Under the pieces are notes generated by a model. The model was given only the letters and a program-made list of their open reading frames with translations. It was not told where the DNA came from and ran no database searches. From a virus (Duplodnaviria > Heunggongvirae > Uroviricota > Caudoviricetes), in the IMG/VR virus record IMGVR_UViG_3300044568_003085: a stretch of DNA of 64,000 nucleotides; one strand, given 5' to 3'. This document shows positions 48,279 to 57,449 of this stretch, piece after piece. The position numbers and the translations under genes are program-made. The stretch's first letter is position 1, and each line of letters starts with the position of its first letter.

Positions 48279-48741
48279 ATAAATCAGTAATTAACTTTGG
48301 TTTATAATCTATAACTTCAGCACATACATTTATATATCTCTTATCATCAAGAGAATTTTCATGTACATGACCATGAATATTATGAGAATATCTAAATTCC
48401 AGTTGAGATGGATGCACAGGACAATGAGTTAAAATAACCTTGTTCTTGTAATCAATCATACCAGAAACACTATTAACGTATTTTAGTAATTCTTTTACAT
48501 GTTGTCTTTCATCATGATTACCGAGAACAACATTAATAACGCCTTGTAATCTACTTACTATTTCATAGTTTTTCTTTTCCATAGTAATATCACCAAGAAG
48601 ATAAACTGCATCTTTTTTTGATACAATATTATTCCAGTTTTTTACAATAAGTTCATTCATCTCTTCTTCGCAAGAAAATCCACGTTTAATCGCCATATTT
48701 TTATGATGAAAATGTGGATCACTAAATACATAAGCACTCAT
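48262..48741 (-). CDS. calcineurin-like metallophosphoesterase (159 aa)
   Basis: Motifs DPHFHH (I), GDIT (II), GNHD (III), GHVHE (V). Confidence 0.8.
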   Translation of the reverse strand: MSAYVFSDPHFHHKNMAIKRGFSCEEEMNELIVKNWNNIVSKKDAVYLLGDITMEKKNYEIVSRLQGVINVVLGNHDERQHVKELLKYVNSVSGMIDYKNKVILTHCPVHPSQLEFRYSHNIHGHVHENSLDDKRYINVCAEVIDYKPKLITDLFDFNA

Positions 48742-48959
48742 TACGCTACTCTTTTAATTTCTGTATTAACAGTACTATCAAAACGTTTTTCAGGTAATAG
48801 TTTTTTTGTATTACAAAGAACTACATCAAAAGAACGTTGAGTAAAATAATCATTTGAATGCCAATTAGCAATAATAAATTCTTTTTTGTTAATTGACTCA
48901 CCTATTTCCAATTTGTCTAATTCTAATTTTAATAATTGAATTTTAGTTATTTTTTTCAT
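48741..48959 (-). CDS. hypothetical protein (72 aa)
   Basis: ORF. Confidence 0.4.
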   Translation of the reverse strand: MKKITKIQLLKLELDKLEIGESINKKEFIIANWHSNDYFTQRSFDVVLCNTKKLLPEKRFDSTVNTEIKRVA

Positions 48960-49246
48960 AACTTTTTCTGTTTAAATTTTGGACTACATCCAAGTGAAAC
49001 ATTAATAGAAATTCTTATTCTATCTGCAGCTTTTACATTATGTTTACCTAGTATATCAGATAAAATTTTGTCATATACTTCAATATCAATTTCATGACTC
49101 ATAAAAGGTATTACTTTTTTACCCTGGTCATCTAAAGTTGCATCAGCAACTAATTTGTCAAAATCTGCAGGTGGTTGTGATTGCAAATACATTTCACGAT
49201 AAATTTCATAAATAATATCATTTAATATTTTAGTTTTTTTTGTCAT
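48956..49246 (-). CDS. hypothetical protein (96 aa)
   Basis: ORF. Confidence 0.45.
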   Translation of the reverse strand: MTKKTKILNDIIYEIYREMYLQSQPPADFDKLVADATLDDQGKKVIPFMSHEIDIEVYDKILSDILGKHNVKAADRIRISINVSLGCSPKFKQKKL

Positions 49247-49521
49247 TTTAAAAATATTTTAAGTGTTTTGCCATTATCTTGGTATTGTAATTCAACATCT
49301 TTAACATTGTAGTTTGTGTATGCTCTACCATTATGTGGTGGAGAATGCTGTATTACTTCTACTCTTGTTACTTTTGGTAAAACAAATGTATTATCAGTCA
49401 GTTCACAAGATTTATTAAAATCATCTTGCTCATCTAGCATTTCCTGCGGTGTACCAAATATTGTCATATATTTTTTATTATAAATATAAAAGATGCTGTC
49501 AAAATAATAACACATATCCAT
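49243..49521 (-). CDS. hypothetical protein (92 aa)
   Basis: ORF. Confidence 0.45.
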   Translation of the reverse strand: MDMCYYFDSIFYIYNKKYMTIFGTPQEMLDEQDDFNKSCELTDNTFVLPKVTRVEVIQHSPPHNGRAYTNYNVKDVELQYQDNGKTLKIFLK

Positions 49522-49563
49522 GCTGCAACTTCAACTATGATTCTTTCACGTTTTGGCGTCATA

Positions 49564-50361
49564 TCATTTCTTTTTAAATTGTTCAAACCATTTATTTAAT
49601 ATTTTAGTTCCAAATTCTGTAGATGTCAAAGCAGAATAGTCTAACTGTCCGCCATTACAAAATGCTCTTTTCATATCTTCTTCGCTATATCCTTGTTGTT
49701 GCTGTTTAATTATTTCTTTACAAACAGCAATCATTAACATTCCATTTGGAGTATTAGTTTCAAATAATTTTGTATCTGCTCTTGTTTCATAACCAAAACT
49801 TGGAGCTAACTTCTCATAAGTATTATGAAATAAAATAGCTAATTGAACTTCTTCAAGTGTTTCTTGTTTACCAACGTGAGTAATTGTAATACCTCTTTCA
49901 CGTTCTTCTTGTGGAATGATTATGTTATAAAGTATAATATGACCATTTTCAGTAGAATGTATATAATTATCCACATCAACATTCTCACAACTTGGATTCT
50001 TAACAAACCATTCTAAAAACTCATCATCAATAGCTTGTACATTATCTAATGATTGGTCTGTTGTTAGGATTATTTTTTTGTTCCTGTCTAAAGTTTGATA
50101 GGTTTTTTGAGTAAAACTTCCTTTACCATCTTTGGATTCTATGTGAAAACATAATTCTCCATCAATAAATATGTTTTTACCTACACCAAATGGAGGGTAA
50201 AAACTATAATCCCCTTCTTTAATTTCTTCATCAGAAGTGATGTAGATGTTTCTACCCAATCTCCATTGTAAAGGTTCTTTTGATAAACCCATTGGAGATA
50301 GAAAATCGTATTCGTGTAACCTGCTCGGTTTATCTGTTGGTAATACGTGTATGTTTTTCAT
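49564..50361 (-). CDS. hypothetical protein (265 aa)
   Basis: ORF. Confidence 0.6.
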   Translation of the reverse strand: MKNIHVLPTDKPSRLHEYDFLSPMGLSKEPLQWRLGRNIYITSDEEIKEGDYSFYPPFGVGKNIFIDGELCFHIESKDGKGSFTQKTYQTLDRNKKIILTTDQSLDNVQAIDDEFLEWFVKNPSCENVDVDNYIHSTENGHIILYNIIIPQEERERGITITHVGKQETLEEVQLAILFHNTYEKLAPSFGYETRADTKLFETNTPNGMLMIAVCKEIIKQQQQGYSEEDMKRAFCNGGQLDYSALTSTEFGTKILNKWFEQFKKK

Positions 50362-50492
50362 TTTGTTTCTTGTTTAGGTTTACATTTCTCACAATACAAC
50401 TCTTTAGTTGCAGGACCTGTAGATATGATACTTCTACATTTGTTACAGAGCATGGCTCCTCTACCATTGTTAAACTTATGAATTGGTTTCAT
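50361..50492 (-). CDS. small zinc-ribbon protein, 43 aa (MKPIHKFNNGRGAMLCNKCRSIISTGPATKELYCEKCKPKQETK), below the ORF-track cutoff
   Basis: ATG at 50492 (- strand). Two CxxC pairs (CNKC...CEKC). It fits exactly between flanking genes with short overlaps. Confidence 0.3.
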
Positions 50493-50721
50493 CTTCTTTT
50501 ATTTTTTTCCATTCTTCATCAAGAGCTTGATCTGGTGTAAATACTTTATCACAATTTGCACAAATAAAAAATTCACCATCTTCAGTGTATTTAACTATTG
50601 GTTCTCCTTCTGTAATATATTTACTACAAGTTGTACAATTGCAAGCATTTTTAGTTTTGCAATATGGACATGTAAATGCACCCATCATAAGAATGCTATT
50701 GTATTTGTTTCTGGACTCCAA
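50476..50721 (-). CDS. zinc-ribbon protein (81 aa)
   Basis: CPYCKTKNACNCTTC ... CANCDKV gives four or more Cys pairs. Confidence 0.45.
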   Translation of the reverse strand: MESRNKYNSILMMGAFTCPYCKTKNACNCTTCSKYITEGEPIVKYTEDGEFFICANCDKVFTPDQALDEEWKKIKEDETNS

Positions 50722-51383
50722 TCAAAAGTGAATGGTCTTTGTGCATATGCGTATTGCTCATTAAGAACAGCAGCATTAAAAAAGTGTGTATCACCATCAA
50801 AATAGTAACCATATCCTGTATGAATATGACCACATAAGTGTATTTTAGGTTTTATTGCTTTTATTCTTGCAAGTAAATCTTGACAACCTAAGTTCTCAGA
50901 ACGTCTACCTTCAACACTATCTAATATACCATAAGCAGGTCCATGAGACATAAGAATATCTACATCATCTGGTATTGCATTAAGTACTGCAAGCATTTCT
51001 TCACTACCTCTGTGCACATTGAATGCCCAGTTATGAAACCATGGTGTATGTGGAAAACCATATATTTTAATAATGTCTTCAGTATCATTTTTGTCACTTA
51101 TTTTTACCCATTCTTGATTAAGACAAGTTATATTTTTATAAGAACTGACAAATTCAAATGCTTTTTCTGGATCTTCTTCAAATAACCAATCATGATTTCC
51201 AGGTATAAATACTTTATTGTCATATTGATCTTGGTCATTTAACCATTTGCAAAATTGTTTTACTTCATGATCATATCCCATTGATGAAATATCTCCTGAA
51301 TGTAATAATAAATCACCTCCTACTAAATCATTAGTAATTTGATTGTGTTTATTATGCGTATCACTTATTAATGTTATTCTCAT
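50685..51383 (-). CDS. calcineurin-like metallophosphoesterase (232 aa)
   Basis: Motifs ISDTHN (D-x-H), GDLLLHSGDI (GD), PGNHDW (GNHD), MSHGP, GHIHTG. Confidence 0.8.
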   Translation of the reverse strand: MRITLISDTHNKHNQITNDLVGGDLLLHSGDISSMGYDHEVKQFCKWLNDQDQYDNKVFIPGNHDWLFEEDPEKAFEFVSSYKNITCLNQEWVKISDKNDTEDIIKIYGFPHTPWFHNWAFNVHRGSEEMLAVLNAIPDDVDILMSHGPAYGILDSVEGRRSENLGCQDLLARIKAIKPKIHLCGHIHTGYGYYFDGDTHFFNAAVLNEQYAYAQRPFTFDWSPETNTIAFL

Positions 51384-51412
51384 TTTATTTGATTTTATAA
51401 ATTATTAAAACT

Positions 51413-51480
51413 TGATCAGGAATTGAACCTGATATCTGTCCTTATTGTCCCGCGCTCTGATAGATCTAACGTTCATAAAA
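51413..51480 (-). other. tRNA-like element with a T-arm-like hairpin (ATCAGG-TTCAATT-CCTGAT) on the - strand; no complete cloverleaf could be built
   Basis: The - strand reads ...GGACAGATATCAGGTTCAATTCCTGATCAAGTTTT. The 7-nt loop TTCAATT matches the T54-Psi-C-R-A pattern. An imperfect direct repeat GGACA(A)GAT(G/A)TCAG(A/G)G occurs about 55 nt upstream on the same strand. The element lies in a 186-bp gap. Confidence 0.25.
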
Positions 51481-51569
51481 TATAATTTTATTACTAAGTT
51501 GTTACTACTCTGACATCTTGTCCTAAAGTTGTTTTACCTCTTAAACCACAAGATTTAATAATTTTACTG

Positions 51570-52082
51570 TTAATTAATATTCAAAGTTTTTTTAAACTTT
51601 CTAATAACTGCTTTACCTTTAGGTGTTGCCCATAAGTTAGCATAATGCAAATTTGATTTTGCTTTACTTTTTTTGTCATTACAACATGATTCTCTTCCTT
51701 GTTCAGGTTTTAATCCAGCATCATGCAACATGCACTTGTCATCTTTAGTAAGAAGTTTACAAGTACCAATAGGTAAAAAAGGTGCTCTATAGTTTTCTTT
51801 ATCACCACTAGTTCCACCACTTAAAAATTCTACATCTTCTCTATGAGGATTTGGATTTTCTTGTTGATATTTATACAATTGTCTTCTTAATTCAACAAAT
51901 GGTCCATCACCTTGTGTTTCTTCAAAAGTAATACGTGAACTTTCAGAACCACCTGTCCAATAATCTATTCTTAATTTATCTGCATATCCTGCATCAATGA
52001 TTTTGTCAAATTCTTCTGGTGTTCCAGCACATGGTCTATTGTGACACATGTTAATTCCATTTACACATCCTGTACAATCCAT
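51570..52082 (-). CDS. cysteine-rich hypothetical protein (170 aa)
   Basis: N-terminal CTGCVNGINMCHNRPC cluster plus C-terminal CC...C, suggesting a possible metal-binding protein. Confidence 0.6.
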   Translation of the reverse strand: MDCTGCVNGINMCHNRPCAGTPEEFDKIIDAGYADKLRIDYWTGGSESSRITFEETQGDGPFVELRRQLYKYQQENPNPHREDVEFLSGGTSGDKENYRAPFLPIGTCKLLTKDDKCMLHDAGLKPEQGRESCCNDKKSKAKSNLHYANLWATPKGKAVIRKFKKTLNIN

Positions 52083-52083
52083 G

Positions 52084-52401
52084 TTATTTTTTTAAATTTT
52101 TAAGATTTTCAATTTCAACTAATTTATGTTTTTCTTCTTCAGTTTCTTCAGGAAGTAAATGTTCAAGTACTTCTGGATAAGGATATTGCCAAGTATCTTT
52201 ACCACGAAAACTATCTGGATTGTCAAATTGAATTGAACATGCTTTTGCATAACAACCAGTAATTGTACCCACAACACCAATATATTTAGTCATTGTATTT
52301 TCAATAAATGCAGGAAATCCATCAAATTTAAAACCTTTTACTTTTATTCCTACAAGACCTGTATGAAATTCATCTTTTGTATCTTCAATTACAAAACTCA
52401 T
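52084..52401 (-). CDS. hypothetical protein (105 aa)
   Basis: ORF. Confidence 0.5.
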   Translation of the reverse strand: MSFVIEDTKDEFHTGLVGIKVKGFKFDGFPAFIENTMTKYIGVVGTITGCYAKACSIQFDNPDSFRGKDTWQYPYPEVLEHLLPEETEEEKHKLVEIENLKNLKK

Positions 52402-52403
52402 AA

Positions 52404-52619
52404 TTATTTTATATTTGATAAACGATAAGCACTAAATATAGAACCTTTAGACACTGTTGGTTCATCATCAACTGACACATATGATGACGCATTTTCAGCA
52501 GCTGCTTTCAAAGCTGCTTCTACATGTAGTTTTGCAAATTCAATCAACGCTAAGTGATGATTAACAGGACTATGTGTATGTTTGAATTTCATAAAAAATT
52601 CTTCTGCTGTTGGTATCAT
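52404..52619 (-). CDS. hypothetical protein (71 aa)
   Basis: ORF. Confidence 0.4.
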   Translation of the reverse strand: MIPTAEEFFMKFKHTHSPVNHHLALIEFAKLHVEAALKAAAENASSYVSVDDEPTVSKGSIFSAYRLSNIK

Positions 52620-52624
52620 AATTT

Positions 52625-52864
52625 CTAATCTTTTTGGTAATCAAGTACAATATCTATAATTTCATCATATATAGAATTACTGATAAGTTCAATAATTTCT
52701 ATATCTCCAGCTTTTACTGATTCTAATTCAAATTCAGCATTACTTCCTGGAGTACCAGTCATATTATCATCATAACGTTCTTCTTTTTCTTCTGGATGAT
52801 ATGTTCCACTTACTGTTAAAAGAACTCCTTCAACAGCAATAGTTTGTTCAATTTTTTTACTCAT
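52625..52864 (-). CDS. hypothetical acidic protein (79 aa)
   Basis: ORF. Confidence 0.4.
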   Translation of the reverse strand: MSKKIEQTIAVEGVLLTVSGTYHPEEKEERYDDNMTGTPGSNAEFELESVKAGDIEIIELISNSIYDEIIDIVLDYQKD

Positions 52865-53213
52865 TGCTTTTTACTATTTCTATTAATTTTAATAAACATT
52901 CAAGTTCTGCTTCTTCGTAGGTTTTAAAATTACTTCCATAAGATTTACCAAAATTGTCGTTTTCAGTTTGTATAAAACCTCCCCAAAAAACACCTAAATC
53001 TTTTTGTTTTTTTAAAGGTAAAGAAAATTCAATATTTGAATACTTCTCTCTAAACCATCTAAATGCTTGTTGGTAAAGTGGTGCTGAAAGATATAAAGAA
53101 TGGTCATTTTGATTTAGTAATCCATCATCTCCATAACTTTTTAAACAAAATTCATCAAATCCTAATTCTTTTAAAGCTAATGCTTGTTCATAAGGTATAA
53201 ATTCTTTAGTCAT
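52857..53213 (-). CDS. hypothetical protein (118 aa)
   Basis: ORF. Confidence 0.5.
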   Translation of the reverse strand: MTKEFIPYEQALALKELGFDEFCLKSYGDDGLLNQNDHSLYLSAPLYQQAFRWFREKYSNIEFSLPLKKQKDLGVFWGGFIQTENDNFGKSYGSNFKTYEEAELECLLKLIEIVKSNE

Positions 53214-53580
53214 GGTATTCTATAAAATTTAAACCTGTGAATATTCTTGTACAATGCATAAATAATTGTAAATATATTTCAGTACCATCAGATGAATCTA
53301 TACAATAAACTCCTTGATACTCTTCGCCACTTTTAGTTTTACCCTCTTCAAGATTACCTTTTCTGTATAAAGTAATACTAGAACTAGGAAAATAAATAAT
53401 AATATTGGTTGTATTTCCAGAATTAAATACAATAGTTGCATTACCATCTTGCCATTCGCTTAGTTTGCCATTTTTTTCAGTAATAAATGAGTGATACTGT
53501 TTAACAAAAGTCTTTCTATCTTGTGAGAAAGATGTTAATGATATTATCATCACTAACATTAATAATAATAGTTTTTTCAT
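53206..53580 (-). CDS. secreted/periplasmic protein with an N-terminal signal peptide (124 aa)
   Basis: MKKLLLLMLVMIISLTSFSQ is a typical signal peptide. It is the first gene downstream of the ORF-free region. Confidence 0.55.
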   Translation of the reverse strand: MKKLLLLMLVMIISLTSFSQDRKTFVKQYHSFITEKNGKLSEWQDGNATIVFNSGNTTNIIIYFPSSSITLYRKGNLEEGKTKSGEEYQGVYCIDSSDGTEIYLQLFMHCTRIFTGLNFIEYHD

Positions 53581-53599
53581 TTTAATAAATTTATGATTA

Positions 53600-54057
53600 A
53601 TATTTTAGCACCCTCTTTCTTATAGTCTGTTCTTATGTACTATTGTTTCTGCAAATCAATTACGATTGTTAGATATAAGAGTAGGGTCACGTAGTTATTT
53701 GACGTGTTGAACTTATCAGTGTTGATCCTTTCACATAACTACTTGCTGAGAACTCATTTGTGTTGTGCAGTCCGCATCTTTATCTGCAGTTCTGATAGCT
53801 TATTTCATCTACCCACCTGTATTCCTTTCTCAAGGGAACAACACATCTACCATTACTGATAGTATCTTTAGAGGTGCTTGGCATCTCAAGGTATTCAATG
53901 TTTAACCTTTAGCTTCACACAGTTTATCAGATCTGGTGCTTTACACAGCTTAGCTATTGTTTGAGAGTTTATATCTTGCAACTCACAAGTGTTCCCTAAC
54001 ATCAGAGACCAATCTTACAAGTTTAAAGTGGATGTAAGACCACTATTAATTTTAAAG
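53600..54057. ncRNA. candidate structured non-coding RNA; ORF-free, GC-richer island of unknown class and strand
   Basis: About 460 bp with no ORF of 60 aa or more on any strand. Base composition is visibly GC-richer than the flanking genes. Long-range complementary segments exist, for example AGGGAACAACAC (53833-53844) with GTGTTCCCT (53989-53997), and a local hairpin CTTACA...TGTAAG (54014-54038). Confidence 0.3.
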
Positions 54058-54231
54058 AATGGTTTTTTCTATGTTCTTCAATTCATACTTTTGAATCGAT
54101 TGTAACACAAAAGTTTTCTTTCTTTCTTTGTCACATAATCTTGCTGCTTCTGCTTCTGCTTCTTCTAAAGTTTCCCATCTTTTTGATGGAGAACTCATAT
54201 TTTCAACATGAACCATAAAAAACTTATCCAT
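54058..54231 (-). CDS. small acidic ORF, 57 aa (MDKFFMVHVENMSSPSKRWETLEEAEAEAARLCDKERKK...), below the ORF-track cutoff
   Basis: ATG at 54231 overlaps the stop of the SPFH gene (ATGA-type junction). Confidence 0.3.
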
Positions 54232-54233
54232 AA

Positions 54234-55085
54234 TTATCTATTTAATAATATACCAGTTGTTCCAAATACATTATGTGAACCATATTCAGATGTACCATTA
54301 GTAGCTCTTATTCTAGCAGTTTCTGCTTTGTATAACTCTAACAATTTAGGTTGAGATAATATTTCTTTTGTTTTAGCATCATATTGTGCTGCTTCATAAT
54401 TACCTTTTGCTAATGCTACTTTCTTTAATGCGGTTTGTTCAGCTTGTTTAGTTTGAGATATAATAGTTGCTGTTTCCTGTAATACTGCAATTTTTCTCTC
54501 AATAGCTGCTTTATATGATTTAGGCAATTGCATTTTAAGTATAGCAATATTATTTAATGTAAATCCTTCCTTCTCTAAAGAAGCTGTTAAAGATCTTGTT
54601 ACATTACCTTCATAAATATTTCTATGTTGTAATAAACTATCTGATGCAAATGATACTGCATTATCTAATAATTCTTTTCTAACAATAGTTCTTACTCTTG
54701 AATTAATTAAATCTTCCATATCCACTCTATACTTAATAAATAACTCAGCTGCTCTTGCTCTTTGCAACTGTAAGTTAATAGATACATCTAATCCAAATGT
54801 GGCTCCATCCGCTGATGTTACATCAATATGTTCATCTGTTGGTGATTCTTCATTTGAATCTGCTGTCCATACCTTATGTTGTACTGATGTTGGATACATA
54901 AATACATCCTGTGTTGGTGGGAAGTAGAAAATAAATCCACTTGCCATTTCAATGTTGGGGACACCTTTATTGGTTCCAATCTGATCTACTACTAATGCTA
55001 CTTCTGCTGAATCTGCAATTTTACATGATCCTGCTAATCCTAGTACAACTAAAATTATTACTGCTGCTGTTAAAATTTTGTTCAT
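54234..55085 (-). CDS. SPFH / band-7 (stomatin-prohibitin-HflC-like) membrane-anchored protein
   Basis: N-terminal signal anchor (ILTAAVIILVVLGLAGS) followed by an SPFH-like core (EVALVVDQ..., AAELFIKYRVDMEDLINSRVRTIVRKEL, C-terminal coiled coil). 283 aa. Confidence 0.7.
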   Translation of the reverse strand: MNKILTAAVIILVVLGLAGSCKIADSAEVALVVDQIGTNKGVPNIEMASGFIFYFPPTQDVFMYPTSVQHKVWTADSNEESPTDEHIDVTSADGATFGLDVSINLQLQRARAAELFIKYRVDMEDLINSRVRTIVRKELLDNAVSFASDSLLQHRNIYEGNVTRSLTASLEKEGFTLNNIAILKMQLPKSYKAAIERKIAVLQETATIISQTKQAEQTALKKVALAKGNYEAAQYDAKTKEILSQPKLLELYKAETARIRATNGTSEYGSHNVFGTTGILLNR

Positions 55086-55088
55086 AAT

Positions 55089-55325
55089 CTAATTTTTGTT
55101 TAATTTGTTTTTAAAATAATTTATTGCACATTCTAATATTATCACACTATAATAGGATGATGAAAAAATTGTCAAAAGTAGTATTAATAAACCCAATACA
55201 AAGGTAAGTGTTGATGGTTGACTCATTAAATGCAAAGATACCATAACCATTCCTATTGCAGAAACAGTTATGATAAATATGCAAATTAACAATAACCAAA
55301 TGTTATTTTTAATTTTTGTAAACAT
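55089..55325 (-). CDS. small two-TM membrane protein (78 aa), possibly an NfeD-like partner of the SPFH protein
   Basis: Two hydrophobic helices. It sits immediately upstream of the SPFH gene on the same strand. Confidence 0.45.
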   Translation of the reverse strand: MFTKIKNNIWLLLICIFIITVSAIGMVMVSLHLMSQPSTLTFVLGLLILLLTIFSSSYYSVIILECAINYFKNKLNKN

Positions 55326-57181
55326 TAGAAAATCATTTTTTCTTTAATTAATTTATCTACTTTTTTTGATACATATGAAATCATATCATTAGGTAAATTT
55401 TCTATGTTTGTCATTTTAATAAAATAATCAAACATTTCTTCTGAAGGTACTTCTTCGTCAATTGCAATTTGAATCACTTGGAATCCTAATGCTTGTGCCA
55501 TAGTAACCTTTTTTCTAGTGTCATTGATAGACGCTTGACCATTATAACCATATGCAGCTGGTTGACCATCTGAAATAACAAATAACAATCCTGGATCAGC
55601 AGTTCTGTTTCTAACACGTTTGGCAACTGCATAAATTGCATCACCATCTCTGTTATTACTTCTTGCAGTAGCAGAACCTAACGCATAAGGATCCATGTTT
55701 GCACCTGGTTCACGATAAATTCTAATAGTACAATCACGTGTATTCTTTTCATCTGCAGTATGACCATAAATATACAGTTGAACATCAGGTTGCTTTTTGA
55801 ATACTTCATTGATAAAAATAGCAGCTTGACGTGCTTTTTTCATTCTATCTCCACAACCCATAGAACCAGATTCATCAATCAACACTGTTATGTTGATTTT
55901 ATTTGTGGTTACTTGACCAAATCTTTCGTAAATAGTTGGTACTCTTTGAATTGCTTCAGCAAGTTTATTAGTATCTAGTCTACCTGAACGCATAGATTTC
56001 ATAGAAAACTGATAATCTTTTGATTTACGTGAAAATAACTTTGCAAGAACTTGAGCTTTTGTACTATTGATTTTTGTCAAATCTTTTAAATACTTATCTT
56101 TATCAGAATCAGATTTCTTAAATACAACATTTCCATCAATAGATTCACCTTCTTTACTAAAATCATGACCTGGAGGCAAAGCTCTTTTTTCTTCCATATC
56201 ATCAGTAAAGTCATCAAAATCATCAGAAAACTCATCTGAATCATCACCATCAGGAGCATTCATCATTTTTTTCATCATCTCCTGTGCAAGATCATTCATT
56301 TCAGATTTAGTTGGCATTGGTGCTTTTCCACCTTTACCTTCTTCATCTCCTTCTTCATCTCCATCACCTTCACCATCTCCTTTTTCTTCTTCTTTTTTGT
56401 CTTCTGCAATTATGAACTTATTAATTACACCAGAAAGATATTGAGCTTGTTTATCACAATCCATTGATGTAAGTGGAAATCCATGTTTTTTCATATAACT
56501 TTCAATTTGAGAAAGAGGTTTTGCAAACTCATCTACTTCTTCTTCAGTTACATGTGCAGGGTATCTAAGAAATTTAGTAATAGTTTCAGTAAGTCTTTTA
56601 CCAGCATGTTCTTCTTCACCCAATGGTTCATATGTTTTATCATATTTATATTGTTTAAATTTTTGAACAAACTTGGAATAACCTGGAAATCTATCTGCTA
56701 ATCTTTTGTCAATTCTTTCAGTATTTAATATTGTAAACATTAAATCTCTGATAGTTGTTGTTGTTTGTGAACTACGAGCATTCATGGTACGCATGTACTC
56801 ACTTTTTGTCTGCAAGGTTGCAAGAGCTGCATTTTGAATTGCAGCACCGTAAAACGCATCTAAAAGCTCTACATCATGATTCATATAAGTACCATCTTCT
56901 GCACGTAACATACTCAAAGGAACTGGAACAGTTGTTTTATCATTTACTGCTCTAAGTTTATTTGAATGATCATATTTCACATCTTTTGGTACACCAATAA
57001 CTCTAAACATAGAACCAATCATTTTAGCTGCAGATCTTAAGTTTTGATTATCTCTTACAAAATAAGAAGAGTAACCTGTTCTACCAGAATCCCAGTCAAA
57101 TAACTTTTTACTTGGATCATAAAAAGAATAAGCATCTTCTTCTTTTCTTTTCCACCAGTCTTTTTTAAATTTTATACTCAT
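55325..57181 (-). CDS. von Willebrand factor A (vWA) domain protein with a central acidic low-complexity region; CobT-like
   Basis: MIDAS motif VLIDESGSMG (DxSxS) in the C-terminal domain. Acidic tract EEKGDGEGDGDEEGDEEG. Length 618 aa and domain order match phage/bacterial CobT-type proteins paired with MoxR/CobS ATPases. Confidence 0.8.
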   Translation of the reverse strand: MSIKFKKDWWKRKEEDAYSFYDPSKKLFDWDSGRTGYSSYFVRDNQNLRSAAKMIGSMFRVIGVPKDVKYDHSNKLRAVNDKTTVPVPLSMLRAEDGTYMNHDVELLDAFYGAAIQNAALATLQTKSEYMRTMNARSSQTTTTIRDLMFTILNTERIDKRLADRFPGYSKFVQKFKQYKYDKTYEPLGEEEHAGKRLTETITKFLRYPAHVTEEEVDEFAKPLSQIESYMKKHGFPLTSMDCDKQAQYLSGVINKFIIAEDKKEEEKGDGEGDGDEEGDEEGKGGKAPMPTKSEMNDLAQEMMKKMMNAPDGDDSDEFSDDFDDFTDDMEEKRALPPGHDFSKEGESIDGNVVFKKSDSDKDKYLKDLTKINSTKAQVLAKLFSRKSKDYQFSMKSMRSGRLDTNKLAEAIQRVPTIYERFGQVTTNKINITVLIDESGSMGCGDRMKKARQAAIFINEVFKKQPDVQLYIYGHTADEKNTRDCTIRIYREPGANMDPYALGSATARSNNRDGDAIYAVAKRVRNRTADPGLLFVISDGQPAAYGYNGQASINDTRKKVTMAQALGFQVIQIAIDEEVPSEEMFDYFIKMTNIENLPNDMISYVSKKVDKLIKEKMIF

Positions 57182-57393
57182 AATTTCTTATTTAACTTGT
57201 CAATAATTTTTTCAGTAATTTGTTTTTTCTTTGCACGTAACTCTCCCCAATCATTATTATGTCTATTCCACATGTTATATACATATTCAGGAATATCTTT
57301 TATTGAAATAAGTCTTTGTTTGAATTTTGCATTGAATGTATGCTTAAAAGTTTTACCCATAATATTTGAGTTAATGCATGAGTTTCCCATCAC
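57178..57393 (-). CDS. hypothetical basic protein (71 aa)
   Basis: ORF between the ATPase and the vWA gene, overlapping the vWA start by 4 nt. Confidence 0.4.
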   Translation of the reverse strand: MMGNSCINSNIMGKTFKHTFNAKFKQRLISIKDIPEYVYNMWNRHNNDWGELRAKKKQITEKIIDKLNKKL

Positions 57394-57449
57394 TAAGTGT
57401 CATTTGTATACTTAATGACGGGTTTCTCATACAAGATTGCTTGATCCTA

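Noticed and set aside
51413-51480. Calling the T-arm-containing element a bona fide tRNA gene
   Set aside because: A T-arm with loop TTCAATT is present. However, no 7-bp acceptor stem complement ([AG][AG][CT]TTG[AG]) exists at the expected 5' position. No anticodon stem could be paired with either a 4- or a 5-nt variable loop.
51384-51569. Interpreting the tRNA-like fragment as a phage attachment site (attP) of a temperate phage
   Set aside because: No integrase, excisionase or repressor was recognised anywhere in the window, and the gene content is that of a lytic crAss-like podophage. The idea is kept only as a remote alternative.
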